This document shows, in pieces, positions 7,045-7,398 of a stretch of 7,398 nt of DNA; position 1 is the stretch's first letter; every line of letters begins with the position of its first letter. The notes beneath the pieces are model-generated. The model did no database searches and was not told the DNA's origin. It worked only from the letters and a program-made list of their open reading frames with translations. The position numbers and the translations under genes are program-made. Source of the stretch: Paraspadella gotoi (taxonomy: Eukaryota > Animalia > Chaetognatha); NCBI GenBank assembly GCA_051294375.1, contig JBJCIZ010000953.1, positions 1 to 7,398 of the forward strand, written 5' to 3'.

Positions 7045-7398
7045 AGATGAAATTAAAAAAAAATAACTTTTTTTTAGCTAACGTAATGCTTCACACACAG
7101 GTTGCAAATCGTATTAGTATTAGTATATAAATAACTATTATTATATTAGTTCGGCCGACAATAACAATAATAATTTGAGTCCAATCCTAAAGGTTAAAAA
7201 TTCAAGGAAATTTCCTGATTGCCTGTGTTACACCAGAATAAAAAAAAATTTATATTGCAGCTTTCCTGAGGAAGAAAAAAAAGTACCTAGTTAAACTATC
7301 TAATAGGAAAAATTATCTCTTATCTCTTTCCTCATTCTTATCCTGTCTTTTGTCCTCTTTTTTTTTCTCAACCTTTTTTTATCTCTTATTTCTCTCCA

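Overview
Eukaryotic, AT-rich genomic window, probably from an animal with TTAGGG-type telomeres (inference), and mostly non-coding. The dominant structure is a ~2.36 kb near-spacerless palindrome (1329-3686, centre ~2512) built from modular telomere-like repeats: CCCTAA on the left arm and TTAGGG on the right arm, so the repeats point outward as on a linear chromosome. Each ~1.13 kb arm carries its own short terminal inverted repeat (GTTCTAGTT..TGGCGA.TTCGCC), so the palindrome looks like an inverted dimer of a non-autonomous element. Its ends carry clustered TGGCGAnnTCGCCA boxes. The window also has a probable proline-rich/acidic terminal exon missed by the ORF track (77-243, +), a Helentron/DINE-1-like (HINE) non-autonomous element (~403-899, -), a MITE-like inverted repeat (1026-1211), a discoidin/F5/8-type-C-like coding segment (4173-4482, -), an E-box/AP-1/TGACC motif cluster and CT microsatellites. 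The palindrome arms differ mainly by single-base indels, which suggests unpolished long-read error, so base-level detail there is uncertain.
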